A stretch of 64,000 nucleotides of DNA from the human T2T-CHM13v2.0 reference genome, Homo sapiens, in the NCBI RefSeq assembly GCF_009914755.1, contig NC_060944.1. One strand, 5' to 3'. Shown here piece after piece: positions 48,547 to 63,127 of the stretch. The position numbers and the translations under genes are program-made. A model generated the notes under the pieces. That model was not told the DNA's origin and searched no databases. It saw nothing but the letters and a program-made list of their open reading frames with translations. Position 1 is the first letter of the stretch. Each line of letters starts with the position of its first letter.

Positions 48547-51249
48547 ATTACTTAGTCCTCCAGTTGAGCCCTACTACCCTATGTTAATTCGTTAAAACCA
48601 TTCACTATGTCTTTCAAACCAGAAATAAAATAGTTTATTTCTTGATCATATAATAGTCCAAGGCAGGGGTTTCTTATCAGTGACTCTATTCCATACAATG
48701 ATTCAATGACGAAGGTTATTTGCACCTGATGGTTCTGCCACTTTTTAGGGCCTCATTTTCCACAGTCATTGTACAGCCAGCGAAAAGAGAAAGAACGTAT
48801 ACAGGAGGTTCTTTCCTCCAAAGCTGGCACACATCACTTTTGTCATATTCTGTTAGCGAGAACTCAGGGATATAGCTCCACTTAAGCATAAACGATGCTG
48901 GAACAGGGAGTTTAGCTAGGAGCTCAGAGAGAAAAGACTTGGATGAACAGCTAAGTATTCTTTACCTTATCAAATAATAATTAAATTAATTGATTCTGCC
49001 AACTAAATACCTCCTGAAAATATGTTACTTTTCCTCCATCAAAACTCTGCTGATTTATTCAGGTCTTATCCTCTTTACCTGAGTTTATGGAAAAATCTCT
49101 TAACTATTGTCGAAGGTTTCAGACTTTTCCTCTTCTAATTTATCATTATAGTGACGTGAATATAGATGTCCTATTTCTAACATGCAAATTTGGACATTTT
49201 CGCACTTTTCCATGAACTCTCCATGATTTCTTACATTGGTACTTAAGGCTTTTCCTGATCAGCTTTAAAGACTTGTCTGATGTCAGATTCTGCTTTCCCC
49301 ACCGAGGCTGTGGGTTTCCACAATGCCACGTCATCTGCTGTTTGACAAATTGTCTGTGTCCTGTCACATGCTCCAGAGGCCTAAGTCATACGATTGCCAT
49401 TTGCTCATGGCAAATGCCAACTCTGCAAGCAACCAATCCATCCTTTGCAAGATGATCTCTAACTTACCAGAAGACCCCAGGAGATGAGTCGCATGCCTGA
49501 TGCCCCACATCCACTTAATTATGACCTAGGACACAGTAAGTGGCTCCTGACTTCCAGTCAGCATTAGGTGTGTCAGCAAATGATATATTTTATTTTTTCC
49601 CACAAGATTGATTGAATATAACAATGTCTCATTTGCTTCCTTCTTTCTCTCTGTCTTGCTTGCTTGCTTTCATCTTTCTCTCATTTTCTTTCTTTCTTTC
49701 TGCTTTCCTTCCCTTTTAATTTAGACGATGTGTTTGTTTGGACCTAAATATCTCATATTTTCAAAGTGTGGGTGGGATAAAATGACATCGAAGTTTTCTT
49801 CTAGCCTCAGAAATGATAGATTCTTTAGGTCATGAACATGAGGACTCATCTTTCATAGCACCTGGCTTGTGGTGCCTGGATTGAGTTTGTGAGGGTGCTG
49901 TTTCCTGCAGACCCGTGCATATTCTTCAGAAACCACTATCTACACACATCACATTTGTTGGACACAAACTATCTGATCAATATTACCGAGGGGTAAGGAA
50001 TTTAGATGCTATTTAAACAGCATGACTTTTTAAGGTCAGAAAAAGATGTCTACTCCTATCTCATTCTCAAACATCTGAAAAATATTTGGAAATTAAGCAG
50101 GTGGGGAACATGTGAGTTTTCTTGATGATGGAATTTCCTTCTCCTTTTGGTTCCAACCACCAGCAGCATTTTTGCAATTAATTTAATATTAGATGAACAT
50201 GAAGGAACACACTTCTCATCTCTGCAGAAGACAAGATAATTGGGGACACATTATTCTTTTATTCTAATTTGATAATATCTTTCATGTCTTGTATCAATAT
50301 TTTTCTTGCAATATACTGAAGGCAGGGCATAAGTATATACATGTGCACGTTTGTTATCTAAACCTGATGCTTCCCCAGAGTAGTTCAAAGTATATCAGTG
50401 TTTTGAACTTAATGATTATCCCATGGAGTTACAGCTATTAATTGTCTCTAAAATTATTTTTAAATTATGTAAAATAAAAAGACATATTACAACAACATTG
50501 TGTGAGAACCAAGAAATTTAATTGTATCCACGCAATGACTAGCATTTATTAGTCACTCAATAAAAATGTGTTGGGCCAAATACGTTCTTCCCTTTTATTT
50601 TTTTTATGTGGAGCCAGATAAAATAAAGCCCATTAAAACAAGAAGAGAAATTAACAAACAAACAATAAATAAAAATTCTCCAGATAAATTTGAGCAATTT
50701 TCTTTTCTCGTAGTTGTTGTAATCAGAGTTGTCCGAAATTTTAATTCTTAATTTTTCTCTATCAAAGGGAGTCTCAAGAGAAAAAAATAAACTTTGTTAT
50801 AAAATTATGCATGATCTATATTGAATTTCCATGAGTGAGCGCTTTGACTTCACAGCATGGGGTAAACTGCCACAAATGTATGGCTTAGTTTCATTATGTT
50901 GATGTCATGCAAACATTAATTTATAAGGCACAATATTTATACTCTTTATATATTAACTCCTTCAAATTTGCTTCTGGAGAAAGATTTGCATCATGAGATT
51001 CTTTTCAGATTTTAAGTGTCATTAATATGTTAATGAATCTTTACCTGTATATCAAACTGTGTATTTAGGATCTCCACTTGAATGTTTTGCAGGTACATAA
51101 AAGGTAAAGATAAAACTCGATTTCTTGGTTTATTACTTCATCATTCATCTATGACAAAATGGCTTCATAAGTTAAGGAGTTTCTTACAAACAAAAAACCA
51201 AAGAACAAAGAACAAAACCAGAAAGCAAAAAAATAAACAAATAAAAATT

Positions 51250-51800
51250 TCAAGTTTCCTTGGCCACCACCCTCTCTCACTCTTGGATTCAATGCACGTT
51301 CTGTTAATTTCATCTACAGATTTATCTTGGAGGCACCCACTGTTTTATATCACCACCTCTATGACCCTGGACCAAGCTACCATTTTTAATTTTCTAGACT
51401 GCTGTAAAATCCCCTAACAAAATTCTCTTTCCACTGTTGTCATCTCCAATATATTCTTTAGAGAGAACATCCAAAGTAATCGTTTTAAAACCTAAAAATA
51501 ATGCTGCCCATTGTTTAAAAATCTGCAATGATTCCTCACTACAATTATAGTAACATCCAAATTTCCCACCATGGCAATTCCTGCCTGCTCTGGCCTCGGC
51601 TTACTTCTCTCTAAAGCCACCACAGCTTGGCCTACTTTCCTGTCCTCACAAAGCTGAGCTCTTTCCCACTTTGTTTAGACTGCTGTCTCTGTTTGGAGCA
51701 CCCTTCCTCTGACTGCTCAGTGCTATCACCTTCTCAAACTCCAGCTCATTACTTTAACGGCAACTCTTTGAAAAGAGCTTCTTGAATTAACCCAACATAT
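51250..51800 (+). mobile_element. L2 fragment
   Basis: ccctggaccaagctaccatt...ctagactgctgtaaaatcccctaac...ctgcaatgattcctcact. Confidence 0.7.
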
Positions 51801-53959
51801 TAATACTCATAAACAGCTAGTCTTTTTTCACCTTTATGTTTTTTATTCTAATACTACATAGCACTGTCCACATATTACAATTTCCGTGGAAGCTTTATAA
51901 TTTCATATAATTGGAACCAGTGGTTAATTAGATAAATACGCTCTCCACAAAACAACAACAACAGTTTAAAAGTAGAATTAATAAAAATGTACATGCTTAA
52001 ATTAACATTTTATTTTAACTTAAAACATGCAGATGTGCTTTCCTTTTCTAATCTTTTGCCATAGGGTCAAGGGATTTTTTTAATGTATATTGTTGAATAA
52101 CTGAAGTTATTCTAGATCTTTCTTGTAATAGTATAACCCATATTGTTTTGGCCGTGAATTCAAGTTTCAGTTACTTAATTTATGTCAAATGAGAAACCAA
52201 AGACACCTGTAAAGCTATAAGAATGTCCATTCTTTTTAGATTTCAATTGATTCCTTTTATTATTTGCAGATGCAATAGCACACTTAATTCGAGTGTTTTT
52301 AAAAAATACTTTGCTTTGTTTTCCATGAATCATTTTTATGTTTTTCAAAGGTTTTACTCTTTTCTCTCTGGTAGTAATCACACCAGGACCCCTTTCATCT
52401 TGTACTTTGTTCTCCTCCAGTGGCAAGGTTTTGTGGTCCAGACCTAGAAAGGCTGTGAACAACACTGACATTCTATTGGCTAGTCCCCAGTCACATGATC
52501 ACACTTAATTACTAAGAAAGCCATAACATATGTAACTCTGTGCTCAGGAAAAAGAAAAAAATGGGTTTGATTAGCAACTAGACAGTCTTGGTAAGACTCT
52601 GTTTTTAAGTTTGATATTATGATACAACTGGGAACAGATGACTAACTTTTATAAGTAGTATTTGTTCTAGAATGTTCCATGCTCTACTCTGTCTACTTGA
52701 CTTGTCCAAACCTCCTGGTAGGGATTGCTTTCAAAAGCAAACTAATAGAAAATATTACATATACACTTATGGGGTATTTTTTATTGATATGTTATAGTTG
52801 TACATATTTTGGAAGTACATGTGATATTTTGATAGATGTATACAATCTGTATGGATCAATTCAAGGTAAGTGATAGATATTATATCCTATTAATGATATT
52901 CCCTTTTAGAAATTAGACTTATGAAGATAGGATCAGAAAGAACCCTCTTGAAAACAAAACAAATATTTTATGTGGATCATAATATTAGTTTACATTATTA
53001 GTAAAATAATGTTACAGACACTAAAATACTAAAATAGTCTTTACTATTTACTAACCTACCAGCCTGTTCCCTTGGCTATCATTTACCTATGAGGTGTCTG
53101 CAAAACATTGATGAGATTTAATGAAATGGATGGTATTTGTGACTACATGAAGATAGTTTTGTTGGCTGGAAATAGCTTCCACACAGATGATTAAGCCTGT
53201 GTAGAACCATTTGAAGGCATTGAAAAGAAACCTCACCAAATATATTTCATTACTCATTAATCAGTCACAATTCCTAAGATCCATTATTAAACAGAGTTTG
53301 CTAGATTAATCACTATGCTAACATCTTAACTGGAAAGAGGATTAAATTAAACCATAATTTGCATTGTTATTGCATCATGAATGAATGTATAAATTACTTG
53401 ACTCTATGTAAATAACTAAAGGCATACAGGAGGGAACAGTTGAGATTTTAATGGCAAAGGTTGGAGAGAATAGAAAACTGTGGATATAGGTAATGAATGA
53501 GCTGGCAGATTGGTGGTAGTCCTGAAGGCATTAGGGTAGTAGAAAGCTAATGCTAACTTATAAATATAGATTCATCCCTGGACACAGTTGTGTTCTTCTT
53601 GCTAAGGTTCTGCTTGCTGCAAGTGTTTCCCTATAGTTTCTGCTCTAAAGAGCAATTATAGCCATCCCTTATAGTATGCAATAGCTACTTCCATACAATA
53701 TTCAATGATATCCTCTCCTGGCTTTAGTGACATATCAAACATTAGACCAATCACATGTCAATCAGAAATCAAGATAGATTTTTTATATGTTCCACAGGTG
53801 GCAGAGCTGCAATGAAGAGGGTGGAGAACCTGATATCAGAGTACCTGAGTGCAAATCTTAGATGTGTTACTTACTAGCAATATAAACTTGGTAAGGTGAC
53901 TACATTCTTTGAGCCTCGTTTAATAAGAAACTCTCTTATTATTTAGTTGGAAGTAAAAA

Positions 53960-54910
53960 TTAATTTAACAATTTCCTAAACTAGGAAAAAATTTATCACT
54001 TTCTTATAAATTGAAAATGCCCATGCTCTATTATAAACCAACAATTTCACAGAATAGAGAAACCTTTGCTTGTCTGCATCAGGAGACATGCATGTGTAGC
54101 TTGAAGGTAGAAGCAAAAAGGTGAAAACAAATATTTATCATAGGGGAATGGATAAAAATATTGTTTGAATATGTGTAATTAAATTTAAGAACATGTTATT
54201 AAAAATGTATACATTATGAGTATGATGTATGATTTATACAGATGACACAATCCATATAAATATTGGACAATTCAAAAATAACATATTGATTATAGCTAAA
54301 TGTGTAATAAGAGACATTTAAAATAAAGGAAAAACATTTATACAAAAGAAATATGTTTGGAGGTTTCTATTAAACATGTACCTGTCTCATAACCCAGCAA
54401 TTTTATTTCATTTCTACACAAGATAAATAAATATTTATGTTTCTGGAAAGACATGGCTAAGAGTGCTCATATTGGTCTTATATATAATAGCCAGACACTA
54501 AAAGTAATACAAATGTTTATCAAAAGAAAAATGGCCAAGCTCACTGTGGTATATTTATATAATGAAATGCTACACAGAAGTAAAGATAATTGACTATCAG
54601 TAGACAAAAACATGCTTAAATGTTAAAAGATTATATTGAGCAAAATAAGTGAGGCACAAAGGAGTATATACAATGCTTATTCAAAATCCATGAAAAAACA
54701 AAATTATTGTATGATGATAGAAGTCAGCACAGTAGTTACCTTGTGGTTCGAGTGAGTATTGATTGAAAAGGTACACAAGAAAATTTTCTGGAGCAATGAA
54801 AACACAATCTTATCTAGAAAATAGTTATATGGTTGTATACATTTGCCAAAGATAGGACTGTATGCTTAAGATTTGAGCATTTTAATGTTCATAGATTATA
54901 CTGAATGTTT
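53960..54910 (+). mobile_element. L1ME-type 3' region fragments
   Basis: taacccagcaatt...tgtggtatatttatataatgaaatgctacacag...atagaagtcagcacagtagttacc. Confidence 0.75.
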
Positions 54911-56612
54911 GTAGAATAAAAAGATTGTATAACTTCTGTAACAAATAATTTTACCATGAAAATGCACAAAAAAACTACCCAATAAAAAATTGTAAAATCT
55001 GAATTTAACCTGAATGTTTCTCTTTATGGCACTTATTTCTAATAGATCTCCACTGCATGGAGAATGAAAGAAGAAAACATGAACAGTATTTTTATTTCCT
55101 TTTAATTCTATGAGTGCAACAAAAATTTAAATTGAAATAGCAAAGACATGAAAAATAAAAGTAATAACGTTGAGGAATTAAGAGAGACCAGTGAATTTGA
55201 AGTAGGTCCTCCTATGAATACTTACCCATGGTAAATGTGTATTTAGCACCTTGCACGTGATTCTGGAAAACATGTACACATCTGTCTTCCTGCTATTAGA
55301 CATGAGTTTAAGAATTTTGACCTAGATATTTAAATCAATACACTTAAATTCAAAAGATTAATAGTAAAAGCTAAGAGTTCACATTACCCCCTTGGCTCTC
55401 TCTTCTGCTAAACTAAAGTAGAAGGTTTGACTTAGCTTTCAGAGAGAATTTTTAAAGTCTTAGATGTAATAGACTTAAATGGGTCTCTTAGCATTACTTT
55501 GTCAAGTTCAGGAAAGTCAGCCAAGTTAAGCTCTGAGGTATGTCTGGGACTGACGTAGTTTTCCCTCAGATACTTGTAAGGGTTTTACACATAAATTAAT
55601 GAATTAATCATGACAATGTTACAACACAGACTTCTAATAGCTCTCTAGTTGCATAGTTTCAGAATTATTCCTTTAAAGTTTTTAGAAACAAAAATTATGG
55701 CAAAAAAATTGTAAAGGATTAGTAAAGAATCCTGTTACCTGGTCCTATTTAATAGTACTGCTTAAGTAAAAAGCAGAAATAAAAACAATACAAAAACTCT
55801 AAATCAATGTTTATAGAAAAATATGTAACCTAATAAATGGTAGGTTACTTAATAAATTAGAAGAAGATGTATAGTCATCCAAAAGTTGCCTATTAATGAA
55901 CAGATGTCTGGAACTGACATCTGGAAGGAGATTTTCAAGGTCACATATTGGGATCAGAACTTGATCCTCTTTTATTGACCTATTAATATAATTTGGGTAG
56001 TGAAATATCAATCCCATCAATGTATAGGTCAATGCTGGGATTCAAATAACTTAAAGAGTGCTGCATAACAAGTCGTTGTTTTATTACCTATCCATTGGTG
56101 AATAATAAACCTGCTACAACAATTTTATTTGCTCATGATACTGTTGGTCGGCATTTGGACTGGGCTGAACTGGGTGTTTTTTTTTTTCTTCTGACCTTCC
56201 CTGGTGCCACTGATACAGCTGCTGTCTGCTGGAGAGTTGTCTGGTGCCTAGTAGGGCTAAGGTGCCTCAGCTGAACAGCATGTCCTTGGTCCTCCTGATC
56301 TTACCTCCAGTTAGCTGGCTTGGGCATGCTTACATGGCAACAGTATGTCCAAATCGGACAAGAGCAAGTAGCAAGGCCTCTTGGGGCCTGCACTTGGAAG
56401 CCATACAACCTGTGTTCCACAATATTCTGTTGTTCAAACAAGTCAAAAGGCTAGCCCAGATCCAAAGGGTAAAAAAATAAATTCCACCTATCAAAGAGAG
56501 AAGCTAAAAATAATGTGTGGCCATTTTAAATGTAGCACAGTCTTCTCCTTGGCTACAATTATTTATATTCTTCTTATATGCAAAACACACCATTTCCTAA
56601 GATCCCTGAAAA

Positions 56613-56811
56613 CAGTGGTATATAACAAAGAGTTTTCGAGAAAAAAAAAAAAAGAGCCCGGATTTGGAGCATTTGCTCATTTTTGTGGTATACATACTAC
56701 CACCATGCCTAATTTCAAGCTACTGACATGGCATCACTGAGTGCCAGTTGGGAAAAGGTGACTACGATCAGCTCTTAAAAGGAGTTATGAGCTGGAACCC
56801 ACATAACACTG
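56613..56811. mobile_element. MER63A (hAT-Blackjack)
   Basis: cagtggt...ccaccatgcctaatttcaagctac...cactg. Confidence 0.8.
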
Positions 56812-56883
56812 CCCACAAATCCCATTCAATCATAGCATTAGACCCGAGTAGAACATATAAAACATGGCATCTAGTTCAGATGT

Positions 56884-57266
56884 TGTATTAGTTCATTCTC
56901 ACATTACTAGAAAGAACTACCTGAGACTGGGTAATTTATAAAGAAAAGGGGTTTAATTGACTCACAGTTCCACAGGCTATAAAGGAAGCATGGCTAGGAG
57001 GCCTCAGGAAACTTAAAATTATGGCAGAAGATGAAGGGGAAGCAAGCACATCTTACCATGGTGGAGCAGGAGAGAGAGAGCGCCTGTGACAAGGAAATTG
57101 CCACACACTTTTAAACCATCAGATCTCATGAGAACTCACTATCATGAGAACAGCAAGGAGGAAATTCACCCCCATGATCCAATCACCTCCCACCATATCC
57201 CTCCCCCAACATTGGGTATTACAATTCAACATGAGATTTGGGTGGGGACACAGCCAAACCATATCA
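56884..57266 (-). mobile_element. MSTA solo LTR with 5-bp TSD gatgt/gacgt
   Basis: tgtattagttcattctcac...gggtggggacacagccaaaccatatca. The two TSD copies differ by one CpG-type transition. Confidence 0.93.
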
Positions 57267-58279
57267 GACGTAGATGGGGCTTCTTGACTATGGCTTCCCT
57301 TGATTTGTAGACCTATAAAAATATGCATTATCTGCTGCCTTATTCCCAATACACGATACTGAGATGATGGCATAGTAACTACTATAGGCAGTGCCATTCA
57401 AAAAGAGAAGGAACAAAAATTCCATGGTAGACAGTGGAGCACAACAATATAGAAAGAGCACACAGTATCAGGTTTTTAAATTCTAGAGGCTGAAAATATT
57501 CTGTGATTAAGGCTCTGTTTTGCTCCTTGGGAGTAACTCTCTAGTTCATTGTTGTCTTTAGATACTGGTTTGCACTTTGGGCTTTGACTCTGCCTGCTAG
57601 AATGTTTGCTCTGCACTCTGTAATGTCTTTCCTATTCCAAAAGATATGTTCTGTACTTTCTACTGAGACACTTTCTCATCCTGTTTCCTGCTTGGTGAAA
57701 ATTGGGGGCCCAGGGGCCCGTTTTAATTTTGTACTGTCTGTCCACTTGTATGTCAAGGTGCTACAACTTCCTATAAATTACTTTGGCTTCCCTATGTATC
57801 GGAATATAGTCTACTCCATTCAACAAAAATCACACCCATGATTCTTTATGTGGCTTCTTTCTTAGACTTTTTCAGAGCCACTTTGGAATTAGGGATCCAT
57901 GTAACGATGCTCTTAATTTCTTAAATGCCTTTTTGTCTATCTGAAAGGGTTTACTAGATACTGACTTAAGTCTTTCAGAGAGTTTAGCAAAGGCTCTTAC
58001 AGCCACAATTTTGTTTTCATGTTTGCCCTGAGGTGATATCTTTATTTAAAACATCTTTGTCTATTGGAAATACCAGAGATTAGATACTGTTTTGTTTTGT
58101 AAACTATCAAGTCCTGGGCCCCCATTATTTCTTCTAAATTATTCTGGCAAAATAAACATCTCCTATTTGAGTTCATCTATCTTTTCTCAACCATTGTTAA
58201 ACGCAGTTTACAAAGATGTTTGTATGTATGTCTTCTCAGCCATATTTACTAGTTATTAGTACAGTACAATAAGTACCAC

Positions 58280-58885
58280 ATAGGCATATGAAGAAGAATG
58301 GCAAAAGTAACCACTGTAGTGGCCGATTAGTGTAGAAGAAGAGTCAACTAAGCTGAGTTTTAAGAATGAGTAAGATTTGGTCAGGGTAAGCCTAAGGAGC
58401 ACATGGAATTCTTATCTAGTTCAAAATGTTTTCTGTATGGATTGCTAGAAGATACAGTTAGCTGGGACTCCATTATGTTAGAATTTGTACCATATCCTAA
58501 AAGCAATAAGGGGAGGGTGGTTAGAATGTTTAGAACAAGGGAAAGACATATCAGACCTACAGTTATAAAGTTCACCCTGGAATTAGTGTGGAGAATGAAA
58601 CACTAGAAGAGTCAAGAGACTGCCCCAGCCATTCAGACATGAAAGGAGGGTGTGGCCTGAACAGGGTCAATGGCACTGGTACCAGGGCAACAAAGCTACC
58701 CTTTAAAACTACTTAGGGCGCACAATGTCAGAATTTAGTGTTGACATAGAATGTTGGAGCAAACAAGAATAACTTCAAGGTTTCAGGTTTGGGCAAATAA
58801 CAAGGAGATGATGCACTTACCACGAAGGGACATCAGAGCAGGTTTGACATGAAATATTGTAAGTTCAGCTTGAGATGGGTTACAT
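58280..58885 (-). mobile_element. L2 fragment
   Basis: taagctgagttttaagaatgagtaaga...caaggtttcaggtttgggcaa...aagttcagcttgaga. Confidence 0.6.
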
Positions 58886-58904
58886 GAGAGGAACTGATAA
58901 CACT

Positions 58905-59128
58905 TCTGAGTGGGAATGTCCTCTCTCCCTTGTTCCCTTTCTCATGATGAGGCCAGCCAGCTCCCCTTCACTTCCACCTTGAGTGAAAATAGTCTGAGGC
59001 CCTCACCAGATGCAGATGCTGGTACCATGCTATACAGCCTGCAGAACTGTGAGCCAAATAAACCTCTTTTCTTTATACATTACCCAGTCTCAGGTATTCC
59101 TTTATAGCAACATAAATAAACTAAGACA
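58905..59128 (+). mobile_element. MSTB-type LTR, 3' half
   Basis: ggccctcaccagatgcagatgctgg...gagccaaataaacctcttttc...aactaagaca. Confidence 0.88.
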
Positions 59129-60313
59129 TCTGCCTTTGAAATTCAGAAGAAAAATGTTTCATGGATTTAGATAGAATAGGGAAGTGCCTATGAGTCGTAA
59201 CTACAATAGGATTTGAGGGGAAAACCCCACATGATTTAATTTTCAGATGTATGCCTCTGACAATCCTGAGGATTGAGACAAACACCACTAGTCATAAGAT
59301 GTAGTCATCAGTGGAGCTTTACTGGGGAAATTTGTAGGGCAAAGAATCAGCAGAACACAAGTCAAGCTCAGTGTCTCGCATGTTATAGGAAGGCACACTA
59401 AGATGGGCAGGTTTGAGTACATTGTGGATTATGATCGGGAGAGAGACCTCATGCCTCTGCTACCATTTAAAATATTTACAGTGAGGTTCGTTGCTTTTCA
59501 GTCAGGTAAATTGACCTTGGAATTTGAACTTCAGACCCTTAATGGAGTTTGCATACAGAAGCCAAGTGTGTGTAGAAATCCCAGTTTCATTGCTGCTGAG
59601 CCAGCTCATTGCCAAGATACAGAAGGGAACTGGGGAAGGAAGTCTATCTGAGTTGTCCAGCAGACAAAGACTTAATTCTCCTTAACAAATGGTTCACTTC
59701 CTCTGTCTTTCCAACTGGACACCAATTCCCTTGGCCCACTAAAGTAAATCTAGGAAGCATTCATTTTGATCCAAAACGGCCTTGGTAGACTAGGATTTTC
59801 AAAGTCTAACAAGAATTTGGCTGGGTTTGGAAGGCATATTTTTTCTCTTTGTTATTCTTATGAATTACTATGAGCCTGTCTTTTTTCCTCACTTGGGAAA
59901 AAATATGGGCATGTGTGAGTATGCATGTGTATAAAATAAAAACAAACATATGTGTCTTGGCCTCCCTGTTGTTTCTTAGATCTAAACAAATATTAGTGAG
60001 TCATTTAATGTCTATATTCTCTTCAGATACAATTTTAGTGACTTGGGGTAAATATATTATTTAGAAGTGTACACCTCAGAAATGCCAGCTCCTATCTGGG
60101 ATGTGTGGATGAATATCAATACTCTATTTGCATAGCTAATGATTAAGATTGCAGACTGAGGAAGGAAAAGGAATTGCTATTAGAAACCCCAAATCACACT
60201 TGTGGGGAGTGGCAAAATCAAATTAGAATCTAGGTGATCTGACTGTAGTACCTGTGTTGTCCAGCACTTTTAACTACTACTTCTAAATACTTGGACAGAA
60301 GGCATTTGAGCCA

Positions 60314-60349
60314 GTGTGTGTGTGTGTGTGTATGTGTGTGTGTGTGTGT
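60314..60349. repeat. (TG)n microsatellite with one interruption
   Basis: Read directly from the sequence. Confidence 0.95.
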
Positions 60350-62129
60350 ACTTGCTAATTATATGTATAACACATGCTCTGTTATGAACTATGAAATTCC
60401 AACCCCTTGGTCATATTACAGAATGGGCTCTAGTGTATTCTAGATTCTCAACTAAGGCTGTGGAAAGTGTTGATGTTAGAAGTGTACCTACACCACTTCT
60501 GTGGATAGGTACTCAATATACTCAGGTTTAAGGGTCTTTGGTGGTGGAAAGGTGAGAATATTTATTGTTGAATTATTTGATTAAATAAATTTTAATAATT
60601 TTTTTAAATTCATGAATATTTTTTCCTGATAAATATTTTTTAAAATTACTTTCAATCTATTTTTTCTTTTTTGAAATGAAATAAAATATTTTCTTATTTG
60701 TAAGAGAGAATGGTAATGGAATTGTTAAACTGATATTTTCTTATTTACCTAATGAATGTAGTACTTTGCAGTAGGCAGTGAAGAAAAAGCTCCTTTTGAA
60801 TTTTTAAGGCTTGGAGCAAATTTATTAAACACATTCTTGGTGTCAGTGTTAATTTTTTGTTTTAAAGATTCTCTTCAATTAGGTTTCAAATGTCAATTCA
60901 TTTTGAAAAATACAACAAAATCTGTATGAATTTATGTTATAACAAAGAACATGCTCAACAATAAATCTACAGGTGCTAATGTTTAAAATACATGATCTTA
61001 GTCTGCAAATCATTATGAAACAGAAATTGTACATTTAATTCACCTGGGCTGAGTACGTAAACCTTCATGGAAGTATACCTATACCCTTGGTAAGCTTTCA
61101 CTGTATAAAATACAGGAGGTGATGGACACAGAGTAGCAAGAGTTTAAGAGGTAATTTTCTTATCCAAACTAAAGGTGTTAACAGCAGCCTGTAAGGCTAA
61201 CAAAAATATTGTTTATCATAGGCTTTGATGTTGAATACTGCTGGCTTAAGCTGAACTGTTTGTAGGCTTTTTCTATCAGAATGCCTACTCTAAAGGTATT
61301 GATACTATTTCTGTCAATCACATTGTTTCTCCAAACAGTGAAGAGGAAAGAGTTAAACATAGGTTTGGCACATTCATGGGAATTAGACATTTACCCCAGT
61401 AGGAGTTGATTTTGCAGTTCTGACCCCGGTGCATGTGTAATTATGTAGTTTCTATGTGAAGATAAGTTTTTGCTAACTTTTCTTTATGCATTTAGCCACT
61501 CTCTACTCTACTCACACATTAACGTATTACATAAACATTACTCTTCTCTTTCTTGTAATGTCTATGTCCCTTTACCTAATGCACGAACCATTCAAGTAAT
61601 GCCTTTTGGTGTATGTATTGCTATAAAAATTATCCATTTTTGCATCAGACAGATCTCAATTGGAATCCTAACCTTCTATCTTACTAACTGTGAAAAATGA
61701 AGTATTTAATTTACTAAACTTATTAGACACACTACGTTTTCTCACACTGGAGAAATAATTATCACATTTTTGTGTGTGTATAGTCATTACCAGTTTTGAT
61801 GCTTATAATAACAATCAAAGACAAGTCTTCAGCAATCCTATGAAGCAGATAGGTTTATTGTCTCATTTCACAGGTAATGAAAGGAGTCTTGGTAATTAAT
61901 TAGCTGATCTAGATTCCAAGCAGGTCTATGGATCTCATAGGCTGTGTAAAAGAACGGATACTATGATATAAATAATTGATCCTTGATACAGGATTGTGCT
62001 TACAAAATTTAAAGATTTCAAAACTAAAATATTTCTAAAATACCAAAATGAACAGTAATCAATGTAACAATTACTCATCTATTCACCAACAAGAATGGTC
62101 ATACACTGATATTTGACATATTTTATTCA

Positions 62130-62765
62130 GATCTTATTCTTTTTCATTTTAAGAAAATAAACCAATGTAGATAGAGATGAAGTCTTACTTTGGCCCTCCT
62201 CTCCCCTTCTTTCATTTCCCAGAGGTACAGCCAGGGAGGTTGGGTTTTGATTCTAGTCATACACTCTGGTGAGGGGCTGCATCTGCTCCAAGAAGCTGGT
62301 TTACCTTTTAACATTTTGTTCAAAGGATTTTTATTGGCTAACAGAAACCCTGATAAGTTTTTCTCCCCAGCCCCACCACCTCCCCTTCCTCTAATCCTGA
62401 GAAAACTACAGTTCCCTACCTACTTTTTCACTCTATATATGTATCTATAGCAAGAGCATTATTGTTTTATATCCTTAACATTTTCCATGAATTGTATATT
62501 TGTATTTAAGTATAAATAAACATACTTAAAGTATACTTCCAGTATTTATTATTGATAAGACAAGTTATACTATGATATTATTTTCCAACTTGCATTTTCA
62601 TAAAACATTATGATTTCAAGATTCATCCAAACTGATACCTATAGATCAAATTTCATCATTTAATGCTATTATGATATTATATAAAATATGTACAATTTTG
62701 TTATTCATTTCCCTATCAATACACACTTAGGTTGTTGGTAATTTTCAATTTTACTATGAATATTG
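62130..62765 (-). mobile_element. L1ME-type 3' fragments
   Basis: aacttgcattttca...aagattcatcca...tattcatttccctatcaatacacacttaggttgtt. Confidence 0.6.
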
Positions 62766-63127
62766 GCACTAGGATAAAAATTTAGTAGTTCCCACCAGTT
62801 TTCCCAACTTTGCTGACCTCAAGTCCTACAGTATTAATTGATTTCCACTCTTGTTAATTGCTGAGAGTCTCACCATCTTTTACCCATAATCAAAGTTTTA
62901 TTCAGAATCCCATCTGAGTGTCTTTTGCTCCCTACTGGACTTGACAAATACCTGATTAATTCAGATTCTGACACTGAAACTCACATGGGGTGAGACAAGC
63001 TCTGGATGGGGAGAAGTGGAGTTGGCACAGCTGGTAGTTAAGTGTGTGCAGTCAAGTGGATTCGAGATGATGTCAGAGAGAGGAAATCTTTAAAATTTTT
63101 TTTTTGACTGCTTATCCGTATTCCTGT

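Larger units (their letters stand above)
56070..58260 (-). mobile_element. Old MLT1 LTR plus MLT1-internal fragment
   Basis: LTR-like 56070-56535 (ttgctcatgat...ctgggctgaactgg...ccagatccaaagg) followed by MaLR-internal-like sequence. Split by MER63A and MSTA. Confidence 0.6.

Noticed and set aside
49455-61100. Isolated strong donor motifs (for example near 49465, 55222 and 58816 on minus; 61090 on plus)
   Set aside because: No convincing paired acceptor, and the frequency is consistent with chance.
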